A stretch of DNA of 58,465 nt, counting the filler, from Basidioascus undulatus (lineage: Eukaryota): assembly GCA_000826855.1 (NCBI GenBank). It is 7 parts of 7 records of this genome, joined end to end, with 100 filler letters (N's around TTAATTAATTAA, not from the genome) between each part and the next. Parts side by side here need not be neighbours in the genome. Positions count along the whole stretch, not along the records: positions 16,786 to 25,061 come from JTLS01001413.1; positions 25,162 to 33,424 come from JTLS01001414.1; positions 33,525 to 41,783 come from JTLS01001415.1; 4 more parts are not named here. One strand, written 5' to 3'. Positions within the stretch are counted from its first letter, which is position 1. Each line of letters starts with the position of its first letter. Below the pieces are notes generated by a model. It made no database searches. It was not told where the DNA came from and saw only the letters and a list, made by a program, of their open reading frames with translations. Positions 24,450-36,903 of the stretch are shown piece after piece. A program made the position numbers and the translations under genes.

Positions 24450-25061
24450 ATGTCGACAGCCCCGCCCTGCGCAAACTTAACCAACACGCCCTCAGGCGGC
24501 TCACAACACTCACGACTACCCTAACACTCGCCGCCGCCCGCTTCGTGTTCCCGAATGCCCCGGTGCTCCAGACGACCATCGACCTGGCCATCATTTCCAA
24601 CACGCGCGTCATGGGCAAAGCGGTTAGCCTCAAGTGGATGGTCGTTGGCGCACTCGGGCTTGAGGTGCGTCGCAATCAATGCCCACACGTCCGGATCCGA
24701 GCTTGGCTGATGGCGGACTGACAATATGACATCATCAGATCGGAAGCCCACTCTTCGCCCTCGCCCTCGTGTTCCCCATGGCCTCCCCCGCGGGGGTGAG
24801 CGTCGCCGCGGGCATCCAGTCTGTCGTCGGCGACACGCCCAACAACGAGCCCGCGCAGGCGGTGCTCGTCGTCGCGCTCCGCACCTTCGCCGCGGCAATC
24901 CTCGGCATGGTCCTTTCCTTTGCCTTCGTCGCCTACCGCCTCGACTACTTGCTCGCGGACGTCGCCCGCCTCCTGAGTCCGCGTTCGCGGTCACCGAGTC
25001 CGAGGGTGCGTGCTCCGACCGCCCCTACCGCTACCGCCGTACTCGGTCACCAGGTGTCGAT
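24450..25061 (+). CDS. Hypothetical membrane protein (start uncertain, runs off contig)
   Basis: KWMVVGALGLE|IGSPLFALALVFP..AAILGMVLSFAFVAYRLDY joined by a GTGCGT..CTGAC..CAG intron (about 24665-24738). Confidence 0.5.
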
Positions 25062-25161
25062 NNNNNNNNNNNNNNNNNNNNNNNNNNNNNNNNNNNNNNN
25101 NNNNNTTAATTAATTAANNNNNNNNNNNNNNNNNNNNNNNNNNNNNNNNNNNNNNNNNNNN
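25062..25161. other. Artificial contig spacer
   Basis: N44-TTAATTAATTAA-N44. Confidence 0.99.
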
Positions 25162-25173
25162 GCTGGCCTGGCC

Positions 25174-25260
25174 CCTTCCCGCTCCTGTATCCCCTCCTGT
25201 TGCCCATTAGCGGTCCTTCTCGCTCCTGTACTCTTCCCCCTCTTGTTGCCCATTAGCGGT
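25174..25260. repeat. Imperfect direct repeat of about 41-46 bp, two copies
   Basis: CCTTC.CGCTCCTGTA..CCCCTC.TGTTGCCCATTAGCGGT at 25174-25214 and 25215-25260. Confidence 0.85.
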
Positions 25261-25721
25261 GTCGCATGCAGAGCTCTTAACGCCTAAACTAAACCATCCC
25301 CATACCTACAAGAAGGATTGCATTGCCGAGAGGTAGATGCGGCTGCGAAGGGCTTAGCACCAGGATGTCGCAGGTCAGGCCTCGATACCGCAACTGAACG
25401 TGTGTGCTTCCGGCCTGAGCCGGCGTCGGATCAAATTGAACAATATTGTTGTATCATAAATCACTCAAATCTCTGGAGCACGCTTGCACAAGCTGATGAG
25501 ATGTATGCCAAACCCTCCAACTAAACGAAGGACGGGATGCAAGCGAGTGGGCAACCATAACTATGGCGGATACGAAAGAGCGACTGTGTCTTAAAAAGGA
25601 GATGGGCAACTTATGGAGAGAAGAGAAAGTCTGTGACCAAGTACTATCAATGTATTGTTACTAACCCTAAGAAGAGAGGACTCCGAGGGCGGTGCTCGAG
25701 CGGAGGCAATGGACACTGCGC

Positions 25722-26095
25722 CTAGACGCGGGGGGCTCGGCGGTGAGGCGAGGACCGCAAGCAGGTGCCATTCTTGAGCTTGAACCCACTGGTGCAGCTT
25801 GTAATGACGCACTCGCCCTGAACACAAGCGACCGCACGCGCTCCGTCGATGGCAGTGCAGTCAGTGCCGTCGACCCCAGGGCACCCGCCGCACGACTCCA
25901 GGTCGGACTGGCCGGGGTATGGGAGGGTCAGCTTCAACGGCGATTCAGGAGTTGAGAGAAAGAATTACGCACGGTCGTGTCGAGGCACTCTAACCAGCCA
26001 GACGAGTCGGAGAGGGGGCACAGAGTGCGGTTCTCTGGGCATGCCGCCCTGCTTCGGACGAGTCGAGGAGAAGGAGTTTGTGACGGGCAGGCTGA
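25722..26095 (-). CDS. PriA-like Cys-rich secreted protein, C-terminal domain (5' exons not resolved)
   Basis: ACPENRTLCPL..WLECLDTT|SDLESCGGC..DCTAIDGARAVACVQGECVITSCTSGFKLKNGTC is the basidiomycete priA-type C-terminal domain. Confidence 0.8.
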
Positions 26096-27770
26096 TCATG
26101 ATCACGACAGGTGAGCGTTGGGGCACGGAGGCCCTTCACTGTCATGAGTGAGGCTTTTTTCCTTGCGACCTTGTTACATATCCTGAATCTCGATGCACGA
26201 CGCTTTTTGAGGCTCTGCTACACGCGCAATGCACTTTTTGGGTTTCTTGTACCTGTCTGATGTCCTCAACGGCGACGCTGTGCGGCGTAGTTGTGCTGCG
26301 ATCTTTCCGTTGCGGGAGACTGTATCAGGCATTGTTCCTGTTGTCAGTGCAGACGCTGGCACTACACAAGCCAGGCTTAGGGCCTCATATCACAAATGAA
26401 GCATCTCTTCGGCGTTTCATATATGAGACTTCCTCCGCTCCTGCAGTAACCCGTCAAAGTACGTCCCGGGGCCTTCCACCCAATCTCTTTGAGAGGAACC
26501 ACGACACCGACGGCGATGTAGAACCCGAGCTCAGCCAAATGTTCATGGTCGCGGACGAGGCGGGGGCGCAGCAGCAACGTACCATATCCGTCCGGCCGCA
26601 CAACAACAATACCGCCGTCCTCCAGACTATACTTGCGGTGGGTGCCGCCAAGGTGGCGCTCGGCCTGCCCGTTCCCGATTCGTCTCATGAAGGCCACTCG
26701 TCGTCCGCGTAGATCATAGCGTTGAGGCCGCGCAGGTCGCGCAGGTCCTCGATCTCAACGAACCGGCTCTCTCGGACCACAATGAGGATGGAGAACCAAG
26801 GGTTGAGCTCGCTGAGCATCGAGAAGCGGGAGTCAGCTGTGCTGTTCGACGACGAGCAATTTTGATGAAAAAAGATAAGTGCGCGCACTCGTAGCCTATT
26901 AACCCGGTGTTCAGAACGTCTGGCAGCGGCCGCTTCACGTTGGGCAGGGGCGCGTTGAAGCGTTGAACGAAGAAGCCGGGGGATGAGGAACTTCGACAGC
27001 TGTGCGAGCTTGGGCTTGTTCTGCCCGAGCCGGCCGGCGAGGACGCAGATGGGGAAGTCGCCCGGGAAGTTGTACTGGATCTCGTGGATTAGGCGGAGCG
27101 GGGCAGTGTTGGCGCAGCGGGTGACACTGAAAAGACACTCGTCAGGTGATGGAAAAAGAAAACTGCCTGGGCAAGGGAGAGTGAGACGCACGAAGCGGGT
27201 AGGAGACGCTCTCCCAGCACGGAGCTTCAGGCCTTGGATCAGCTGCAGGCCAATACGGGTCAGGTTGTCGTCGGGCACGACGAGCGATCCCATCTCCTAG
27301 TTGACGCCCGCGCCGGTAGTGAACGCCGCATTGCGGCGCTGCACATTCGCGAAATGCACCTTGCGCTCGGCCGGAGACATATCGGCCTGAGGGCAGAAGG
27401 CAAAATATGCGATAGAGTTGAGAAGCCGAGAGGGTTGCGAGACCTGAGCACATGACACTCGAGACACACAGCGTGAGGGGCAGACTTGGGAACTTCCCCG
27501 AAGAAGAGGGCGGAGTACTCCTCATCAAAGTCGATGAGGCACTTCCCAACCGGAAGTAGCCAAACAAGGATCATGTATCAGGAGGACAGTTTTTGTAGCA
27601 ACTGCGCAGAAAGAACGCACCTTCCGCCGCTCGTCATGGTAGGTCTGCAGCATAGTCTCAAGGGCGAGACCATGGAGGACGAGGTTGAGCTGCAAGCAGT
27701 TGAGCCATCAGCGTTTGGATTTGTACTTTGTGCTGGAAGACGTTGTTCGGAGGAACGCACATTGAATTCT

Positions 27771-29582
27771 GAGGTTATGGCAGTCCATCAGAGCGGTGTT
27801 CATGCCCTGGCCAGCCTTGGGGCTGTGAGTGTGACTGTCGACCGAAACGAGAGTCAATGACCCTCAAAAGGATCATATGCTGCAATATCTACCTACCAGG
27901 CGTCTGTAAAAATATCGAAGTGTCAATTTATTACTCTTCAACCAACACCAAGAGAGTGACTGAGACCTACCTACCGCCAGCGATGAAGACCCAGTTGTTG
28001 AGAAAGCCTGGTTGACGAGACGCTGGCCGATGGGGTACGCTGATGCCAAACAAATTAGTCTGACTTTCGTTCAAGACGAGAGAAAAAAACCAACCACCGG
28101 TCCACCACTCGACCTGCTCGAACTCGAGCTTGTACGGCGCGATGATCTGATGAATGCGAGGGTGAGCCAACGAGAACTGTCGAATTACGGATGGAATGCT
28201 GTCTGGTCTTTACGGATGGAATGCTGTACCTTCTTGTCCGTCTCCATGATGTCCTCCGCCTTGACCTTTCACCGCGCAGCAGTAGCGGGCTCGACCGACT
28301 TGCTGCGATCGCCTTGTTGACCTGCGTGTACAGGCGGACAATCGGCTTGCCTGCTTGTTGTTTTCGCGGGGAAAGATGTACATGGCTGCATGTCACACAG
28401 TCAGGATGGTTTGTGCTACGCTAGATTTGATAGATGGATATACGCACCGCCTTAGTTCTGAGAGTGAATGGCAGCAATCTTCCGGAGGTGGAGGCAGCAA
28501 TCTTCCGGAGGTCGAGGAAGTCGGACTTGACAACTGCGACGCACATGGAACGTGAGCCGTGTGCTTCTACGCTAAGAAGAGCTTCCCAAGGCACATACCA
28601 GCGTCGATTGCGCCCCAAAGAGTGTTGACATAGTCGCCAGTCATGAACACGCCGTGGTTCTCCACCATGAACAAGCGCACAGCCAAACGACCACCGTCGC
28701 AACCAACTGGTCCAAACGAGTTTTGTCAGGTGCGTCTGTAGTTATGTGGCGCAGTGCAAGGGCTAGAACGTTTACCAAGGTACTTGGTGCGCACAGCCTT
28801 GAGCTCACCGCCGTTCGTCGCGCCCTCCGAAGACGGCTCGCGCAGAAGCGTCACGCTGACTGGGTAAGTGCCCGTCTCGGAGAGCTCGAAGCTCTTGAAG
28901 CCTCAGGGCCCGGTAGCGCAGGCCGTGGTCGTCCATGTCGCGCAGGAAGGCCTGCTCGATCAGACCTGTTTACGCTTTTCCGGCTCAGTACCGAACCTCT
29001 ACGACAAATCGAATTAAAGGGGAAGACGCACCTTGTTGCAGGCCGAGCGTACACCCATCCTCGATCTCCAACTCGTCCGTGAAGCTCTGCGCTCGGCGAG
29101 AGCGCTCAATGCCTTTACCGTTGGGCGTCGGGTCCCAGAAAGTGCGCTCGTAAAAAGCGGAGGAGCGGGAGAAGAGGATGTCGCCGAGAGGCTGCATGTT
29201 CTTAAGGCCCTCGATCGTCCGGGGTTGAACGCCGTCGGCGCGGCCGGCTGCGGGGACAGACACAGGGTCAGTGTTTTGGAAAAGCAGATATATGAACTGG
29301 CCGAGGTACCAGTAGTAGGCTCGGTGCTAATGTCCGCAACGAGTACCTTGTGACCCCCAAATCGAGCCAGCGAGGTAGCCAGCATCAGACCTGGCGTCAC
29401 AGGGCACCCCAAGTCAGTACCTCGCTCATGTCGCCCGCTAAACATAAACCATCGGAACGCACCAGCGGGCCCGCACCAATCAGGACAACGTCCCACTCCT
29501 AGTTGGACTGGACGTCGTTGAGGGCGTCGGGGTAGTCGTGCTCGTACGCGTCCTTGTTGGATTGCTCCTGCTCCTTCGACAT
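27771..29582 (-). pseudogene. FAD-dependent phenol 2-monooxygenase-like pseudogene
   Basis: DVVLIGAGP..GLMLATSLARFG, GRADGVQPRTIE, KYL|VGCDGG, SDFLDLRK, VRLYTQ, YPIGQR, FIAG|DAC|HTHSPKAGQGMNT. In-frame TAG (29499-29501), TGA and TAA stops, frameshifts, a 23-bp duplication; homology ends after DCHNL. Confidence 0.92.
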
Positions 29583-30231
29583 GTTGAGGTGGTTCGGGGG
29601 GTGGTTGGGGGACAGCAGTGATGTGAGGTTGTGTGAGACAGTAATGAGGGAAACAAGAGAAGATGTGTCCTGGGATTTAAGGAGACGGGCCAGGGCAGCC
29701 GAAGGGGAGCGTGAGGGGGGGCGCACAGGTGGTGAACATTTGAGGTGCCCGGCAGCTGCCAGAGATCACGGCGCGTCCGGACTCCGGACCGTTTCACGCA
29801 TGAGACCAGCAACATCAAAGTGAACAAGTCCATATCGTCTAAACATTTCATATTACTTTGACAGGCACGATGTTGCGATGTCTACAGTGCAGTAGCTGCG
29901 AGCCGGTATCGCGAGGCGAGGAGACGAGCTCGAGCGTTCGTCGATCACGGACCTTTTTTTACCGGCGGAGGGTGCCTCCGGCAAATGCTGCCCGCCTGAA
30001 CCGAATCTGGCCAGTTTCGCGAAACGTCTGCCTGATAACTGCTAAACTGCTAAGACTGCCAGGCCTCAGCGATTCCGGCAGACCTGCCACGCCTTCTTCA
30101 ATCGCGAGAACAAACATCTGTAATTTCTCGTACGTTTCAGCTCTGTAATACAACAACCCCCCCCGTTCCCTCCCTCTTCCTCATGCGCCTCCTCCACGCG
30201 AATCGCCACCGGGCCAACACCCACCACCCAC

Positions 30232-31784
30232 CTACGAGTCCCCGCCCAGGAACTTGTGCTTCTCGCGCTTGCCATACTCCGTCACGCCGCGACCGGAGCC
30301 TGTGACGCCGACTGCGTGAAAAGAGCGCGGGGTGGGGCAAAGTCAGCGGGTTGCGGTCCTCGGGAAAGTTGATGGAGATTGTGGACAGGTGAAAGAAGTG
30401 GGGAAACGGATCTAAGGTGGGGCCCAGCGCTACTGGGCCGACGCTCCTGGAAGATGCAGGAGATGAGCAGCACGCGTCCTGCGAGCTGTGCCACTTCGCT
30501 ACGATACCGCATTTGACAGTTCCGAAGGCGAGCCGGCCGGGGAAGAGCAGGGGTGCGTAAGCGCGTCGGCTTTGGTACAAGAGTAAGAAAAGGAGAAGAA
30601 AAGGAACTCGGAGATCCAATGTCTGAAACGACACGGTTCGGCGGTGGGGGGGCACCGGCGCTTAGCGCTCACCTTTCCCGTGCGGGTTATCGGGCGTCTT
30701 AAAGCTGTGGGAGCAGAGAAGCAGGGCGTCAGTAGGGAAAGGGGAGAGCAAGGGGAGAGACAAGGGAGAAAGGGAGGAGTAGATGAATGACGCACATGCT
30801 CTTCCCTTCCACGCCCGAGATGTGCACGCCCTTCTTCGTCGCCTTCTTCGCGAACTTTTGCCAGGACGCTTGCTTGCCGGCTGGAAGTGGGGGAAGCGAG
30901 GGGAAAGGGATAGGTCAGTGAGTGAGAGGGAGAACTGGGTTGAGAGGTGAGACAAGCGGCTGCAAAGGGGAGGAGAGGGAGGCAAGGCGCTGAGTCCCAC
31001 TACTGAGAAGGTACCGTAAGCCCAGTAGATGGGAGAGGTGCAACTTGAGACGCCCCGCAGTCTCCCGTCCTAGACCGCCAATCCCGCCACGCGCCAACCG
31101 ACTCCAAAAGACCCGACGGCGTGCACTCACCCATCTCCGCGTTCTTCTGCTCCCGGACCTCCGCCTTCTTCTCGTTCTTCTTCCTCTTCTTCTCCTTCTC
31201 CGAGTCCGCTACGCCCTTCCCGCCCGCGACCGCCCCCTCCGCGGCGTCCGCCCCGTCGTCCGCTTTGCGCTTCCCCCACGCGACCTTGCTGTTGGGCGGG
31301 AGCTGCTTGACCTCCTTCGGGCCGACGGTCTCGGTCGAGTTGTAGCCCTTGAAGATGATCGAGTACACCGTCTTGGGCGCCGCGCCCGAGACGGCCGTGA
31401 TGCGCGCGGGGTACCACCGCCCGTCGCTGTGATACTTCGCGAGGACGTCGTCGCCCGCTGCGAAGACGGGCTGGGCGTCTGCGGCGGCGGCTGGGGGAGC
31501 GCTGCTGGGGGCGGTGGTGGAAGAGGAGGAGGTGGCAGGGGCCGCGGAGGTTGCGGGGAGGGAGGCCTTGACGAGGTCGATGAGATTCGCGAGCTCGGTC
31601 TTGAGCGCGAGGAGCTCTGCGTTACCAGGGTCCGCCTCGAGTGAGACCGACACCTGGCTGAGCTGGTACTCGTACGCCTCAAGCTCGTCCTTGTTCCTAT
31701 ACATGACCCGGGACGCAGGTCAGCTTCACGGCACATAAAAGGAAGGCGAGCGCCTGGGAGCGAGAAGGGCAAGGAGACGAACAT
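30232..31784 (-). CDS. SPF30: Splicing factor SPF30 / SMNDC1 (Tudor domain), 5 exons
   Basis: MNKDELEAYEYQLSQV..LEADPGNAELLALKTELANLIDL, Tudor domain (AKYHSDGRWYPARIT..YSIIFKGYNSTETV), SWQKF, SIFKTPDNPHGK|VGVTGSGRGVT. Introns 31697-31782, 30881-31130, 30705-30795, 30312-30672. Confidence 0.93.
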
Positions 31785-33424
31785 TGTACTGGAGATGTCG
31801 AACGAAGAAGGATTGGCGAAAGCGAGGAGTTATTGAGGTAGGTCGAAAAGTGCTTTGTTGATCGAAACCGAGTCTGGCCGTTCGAATGTGAGCGAAATCC
31901 CGAAGCGAGCAGCAGGAAATGGTGATGGTGTAGGGCGGAGAGGGAGCAGGCGAAGTTCGCGCAAGACCAGCCTCTTTCGGCATTCTTGAATTGTATGCAC
32001 CTGCATGTCGACCGTAAGATGTCCCCCTGTCAGATACTCGCTTGACTTGGGTTGACACTCTTCCCTTCCTCCTTTCTGATCGTTGCCATGACAGTATGCT
32101 TTCAGGGCACATTCCGTGCCTTTGCCGTGCGCAATTCGCATATCATCGGCGATGCAGCGTAACGCGTAGGTTGCATTGAGTCCGGCATTCGGGCCATATG
32201 GAGACTGCTCCCGCTTCTCGCAACTAATCCGCCTTACATGCTCAAGCACACCCCAGCACAGCCATTGTTGACAGCCTTTAACAGGTCTTGGCCGCTCAGT
32301 ATTCTCATTTCAGCTTGCGCCTAGCGGCTGAAACGCCCCTCTAATGCCTTGACTGCCTCGCACGGCTCACAGGCAGACGGCCAAACACTCCGCAGATCCA
32401 TCTCCTCTCATTCCCGCTCACGGCCCGCTTTAGACTTTCTGACATTCGTATCTGCTCTCAGGGCCGGAATAGTCGTTATTGCTCGATCGCGGTCTACCGC
32501 TCCGGGCCTCTTGCTCCGACCGCGCGAGTGCGCTTCCACCTTAAACCTCTTCACCTTCAGTACCTTGCTTCCCCGTCCAGTCCGCCCTGGCGATTGACAT
32601 GTGAAATTGCTCGGCATGTTCTGTTCGGATCTGCCGTGGGGACTTCAGGGTGTCTGGGGTGCCGCATTGCTACTACTCCAGCCTCTGCCTTCTCCCTTCT
32701 CGTCGTCATCCCCGCTCTAGCCTCAAAATCGATTCTTCCATACTCGCCCGCGCCTAGCGAGGCCCACCCACCGCCTATCGTTACCCATCGCTTTGTTGCC
32801 GCTCACCGCTTGAGCACGGTCTCACTTACCCCACATGTACGCTCAGGAGCATCAGTACTATCTGGTGCGTTTCTCGGCGTCTACAGCGTGCTGCAGTCAC
32901 CCTCACCCTAGGTGGGTCCCTGCAGGCCGCTGGGGAAATGGAGGCCGAGATGGAGATGGATATTGGAATGGAGGTGCGTCTGTTTATCTCCCTCAGTTCC
33001 AAGCACATGTCGAGGCCTGTCGGCTTATGGAAGGAGAGGGATGCACGCCGGCGAGCAGCTGCACGTCCCGACTGTCTTCTGTTCCAGCAACTCGCCCTCT
33101 CTCCGCTATGCTCCCATGCCGACGCCTACACCAGAAGACACAGCACGTCCTTCTCTTCCTTCCCCCTTCCTTTCCCCCTTGCGCCCATCTCACTCTTTCC
33201 CCGCTCAACAGCAATACCCACACACCCCGACCGGCTATGCACCGCCGCCCCCGTCCCCGCCAGCCGACTACGCGACCTACTACACCTATGCACATTCTCC
33301 TCCCGAGCCGCGCTCAAGCGTGCGTCCCTCATCCTCCCTCCCCCTCGTCTCTCCCCTCAAGAGCTTACCTCATCTCCCCTCTTTCTTGCCATCACCATCC
33401 TACATCCTTCTTTCACATGGAACA

Positions 33425-33524
33425 NNNNNNNNNNNNNNNNNNNNNNNNNNNNNNNNNNNNNNNNNNNNTTAATTAATTAANNNNNNNNNNNNNNNNNNNN
33501 NNNNNNNNNNNNNNNNNNNNNNNN
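33425..33524. other. Artificial contig spacer
   Basis: N44-TTAATTAATTAA-N44. Confidence 0.99.
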
Positions 33525-33676
33525 GTCAGGCTGTCGGTGCGGGTATCTGGGCGCTGCTGCTGCTAGGCATGTTCGGGAGCAGGGGGATGGACGTCGTCGA
33601 GCAGTTCTTCGTAAAAGTAAGAAAGCCGAGCCGACATTCTGAAGGATAGCATCTGACGTGCGCCGCGCCCTTTCAG

Positions 33677-36600
33677 CACTGGAGCGCTTCCTACGCCGAA
33701 TCCTCCGTCTCCTCACTCTCTGCGAGCGTCTTCAACGTCGCCCCGCGCGTCATGCACTTCGGCGGAGAGGCGCACAGCCAGGTGCACGAGCACCCGCAGC
33801 TCTACTTTGCCCAGGCCAGCTCCTCGGGAGGGAAGCACTCGATAGACTGGTACCTAGGCGTCTATACGCTTATCCTCTTCGTGAGTTCCCGTTTCCGTAC
33901 TGTGCGTGATCACCGGACAGAAGAGCCCAAGGCTGACGCTGTGCTTACTCAGGCTGGATTGTTGATCGGCGTACTCGCTTTGGTCTTCGGGTACTGGGGC
34001 GCGTATGTCGCGTCGAAGAAGGTGCGCATCCGATCAACACGACTTAACGCGCGAAACCTGACAGCTTATGGGAGGGTTACGCAGCTCTATGTCCAACTCG
34101 TCGACCGCGTCGTGCGCTCTCCGATGCGCTTCTTCGACACCACGCCCGTAGGCCGCATCCTCAACCGCTTCACCAAGGACGTGGAGACGCTCGATGGCTC
34201 GTTGATGTCAAGGTATTGCCGTTTCACATCAGCCACCTCGACTGGAAGCGGGCTGACCGTTTGCATTCCTTTCTTTGCAGCTCGCGCATGGCGCTGACTT
34301 TCTTGTCTGTCGCACATTCTCGGGCGCTCGCAGTGCGGTCATGGCTGATAAGCCGGGCCTTGCAGGATTGGCTTCATCGTCTCTGCTGGAATTGTTGCGG
34401 TCTTGCGTGAGTTCGCCCCGGAATGTTAACACTGCAAGCATTCTGACGCGATTGGAACGCGCAGTGCCTCCTTTCATCGTCCCTGCGGTCTTGATGACCT
34501 TCATCTACTACCAAGTACGTTCCCCGACGATGCCATTAGCTCGATGTCCTGTTGAACGTATCCGGCTGGTAACAGTATGGGAACGCTTATCTGAAGAGCT
34601 CTCGGGATCTCCGGCGCATCGAGTCGACCGCGCGCAGCCCGCTCATTGCCGGCTTCAGCGAGCTTCTGAACGGGCTGGTGACTGTGCGCGCAATGTCGGC
34701 AGAGAATCGGTTCTTGTCGGTATGTACATCTGATGAACTTTGGTTTGGAAAGCCCGTCTGATTTCTTGTGTTTAGACGGTTTACGCCAAAATCGACCATA
34801 CCTCTGCGGCGGTAAGCTACGAAAGGCTGCAGCACGAATGACTTTAGAGGTCTCCATCTTGCTGATACCTTTCCTTTTGTCATCTTCAGTGGTACTCGTT
34901 CTGGATGTGCAACGTAAGTCTCTTCCGTATCACACATCTCGGTTGTATTCTGGTGTGACAGGCGGAAACAGCGCTGGCTACTTGTCCGCTTCGACACCCT
35001 CGGCGGTATCGCCGTCTTTGTCGTTTCGATGCTTTCCCTTCTCGGGGCAATTGAAGCGGGAAGCGCAGGTGCGATTATTGACGAAAGAAGCGCCAGATGC
35101 GATTATTGACACGGGCCACGCAGGTATCGCGATCGTCAACGCTCAGTCGTTCGTGACAGCCCTGTACTGGCTCTGCCGTGCCGCGACACAGCTTGAGATG
35201 GACCTGAACGTGAGTTCACATTGATTGTGGGAGCTACCTGAACCTTGCATTGCTGATGAACGCACTTTTAGGCCATGGAGCGCGTTGCCGAGTACCTCGA
35301 CCTGCCTCAAGAGCCTCCGGCCGTCGTCGAGAACTCTCGCCCACCCGCGTACTGGCCGTCGACCTCAAGCACTGGCCCGCTCATCCAGGTCGAGGATCTC
35401 GTCATGAAGTCGGTTGCTTCACCCACAATGTTGGTTATGTACGTTTCTGACGGCTATGCTTGCAGATATGCGCCCGACCTGGAAGACGTGCTGCACGGGG
35501 TTTCGTTCACTGTCAGTCTGCTTAATTCATGAAGTCCCATCCCATGTTTAGGTATCTGACCTTTTTTTGAGCTTCCAGGTCAACGCGAAGGAGAAGATCG
35601 GGCTCGTCGGTCGCACGGGTTCGGGGAAGAGGTAAATGCGCTTTTGCAACGCTTCCGGGCGCGATGCGCTGTAGACATGGGGCTGACTCGTTCCGCACAG
35701 CACGCTCGCTATGTCATTCTTCCGATTTAACGACCCCAGCTCCGGCAAGATCATCGTTGACGGTACGCTCGTGTCTTGGTGTTTTATGAGAGCTTGCGTG
35801 ACCCGAGCTGACGGTGGTCTTTCGGCTTCGTAGGCATTGGTTCGTGGCCTTGACAGCTTCTGGGCATGCTATTTCAAACGCTGATTAGTTAGGATATTTC
35901 CAGACATCACCATCATCGGTCTCGAGGATCTTCGCAGCCGCATCACGCTCATCCCGCAAGACGCGGTCTTGTTCACCGGCACTGTGCGGTAAGTTGCCGA
36001 ACGACTACCCTCACAGAGCATCCAACCGCTGACTGGGATGTGCAATGTCTGCAGTGACAACCTTGACCCCTTCGACGAGCATGACGATGCCACGCTCCTG
36101 GACGCGCTCAAGCGGGTACACCTCATCTCTTCCTCCCCGTCGAGTGCCGGTCCCAGCCTGGTGGCTTCGCTCGCGCACATCGCCGTTGACGTGAACAGCC
36201 ATTTGCCCGTTCCCAACGGCGGCAATGCCTCCGGCACGGCAACGCCTACTTCAACTGGCGGAGAGTCGAGCCGTATTACCCTCGACACGGAGGTCTCTTC
36301 CGGTGGCGCCAACTTCTCGTCGGGACAGCGGCAGCTGATTGCGATGGCGCGGGTGAGTTCTGTGGAGGCCTTTAGGCAGCACCGAAGGGAGCGCTAACAG
36401 CGGCGACGGCACAGGCTCTGCTCCGCAACAGCGCCATCATCATCATGGACGAGGCCACTGCAAGTGTCGACTTCGAGACGGACACCAAGATTCAGAAGAC
36501 GATCAGAGAGGAGTTTTCTAGCTCATGCTTAATCACCGTGGCTCATCGGTGCGTCGAACAGCTTTTACTTACCTTGATGCACCTGACTGACGGTTTCCTT

Positions 36601-36903
36601 TGCAGCTTGCGGACCATCATCGGTATGCGGTCTTTGTCTCAGACTGGAAGGCAGCCTAGACTGACAGAATACTTCTCCTCCAGACTACGACCGCATGTGC
36701 GTTCCAGACTGTTCCGACCAACGAAGACGTCCCGCTGACACATCCCGTTCCACAGCCTTGTTCTCGACGCCGGCAAGGTCGTTGAGTACGCGTCGCCGGC
36801 GGAGCTGCTTTCGATCGAGGGTGGCATCTTCCGTGGAATGGTGGAGAACTCAGGCGAGGCGGACGAGCTGAAGGAGCTCGCCAGTGCGGCAGCGAGGAAG
36901 TAA
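33677..36903 (+). CDS. ABCC/MRP-family ABC transporter, TMD2 + NBD2 (5' part off contig, many introns)
   Basis: [38 protein letters not shown], Walker [20 protein letters not shown], signature NFSSGQRQL, Walker [17 protein letters not shown]; stop TAA at 36901-36903. Confidence 0.95.

Noticed and set aside
32835..33424. Pro/Ser-rich open frames at the end of contig 4
   Set aside because: All three frames are open because of low-complexity C-rich sequence; no basis for choosing one.
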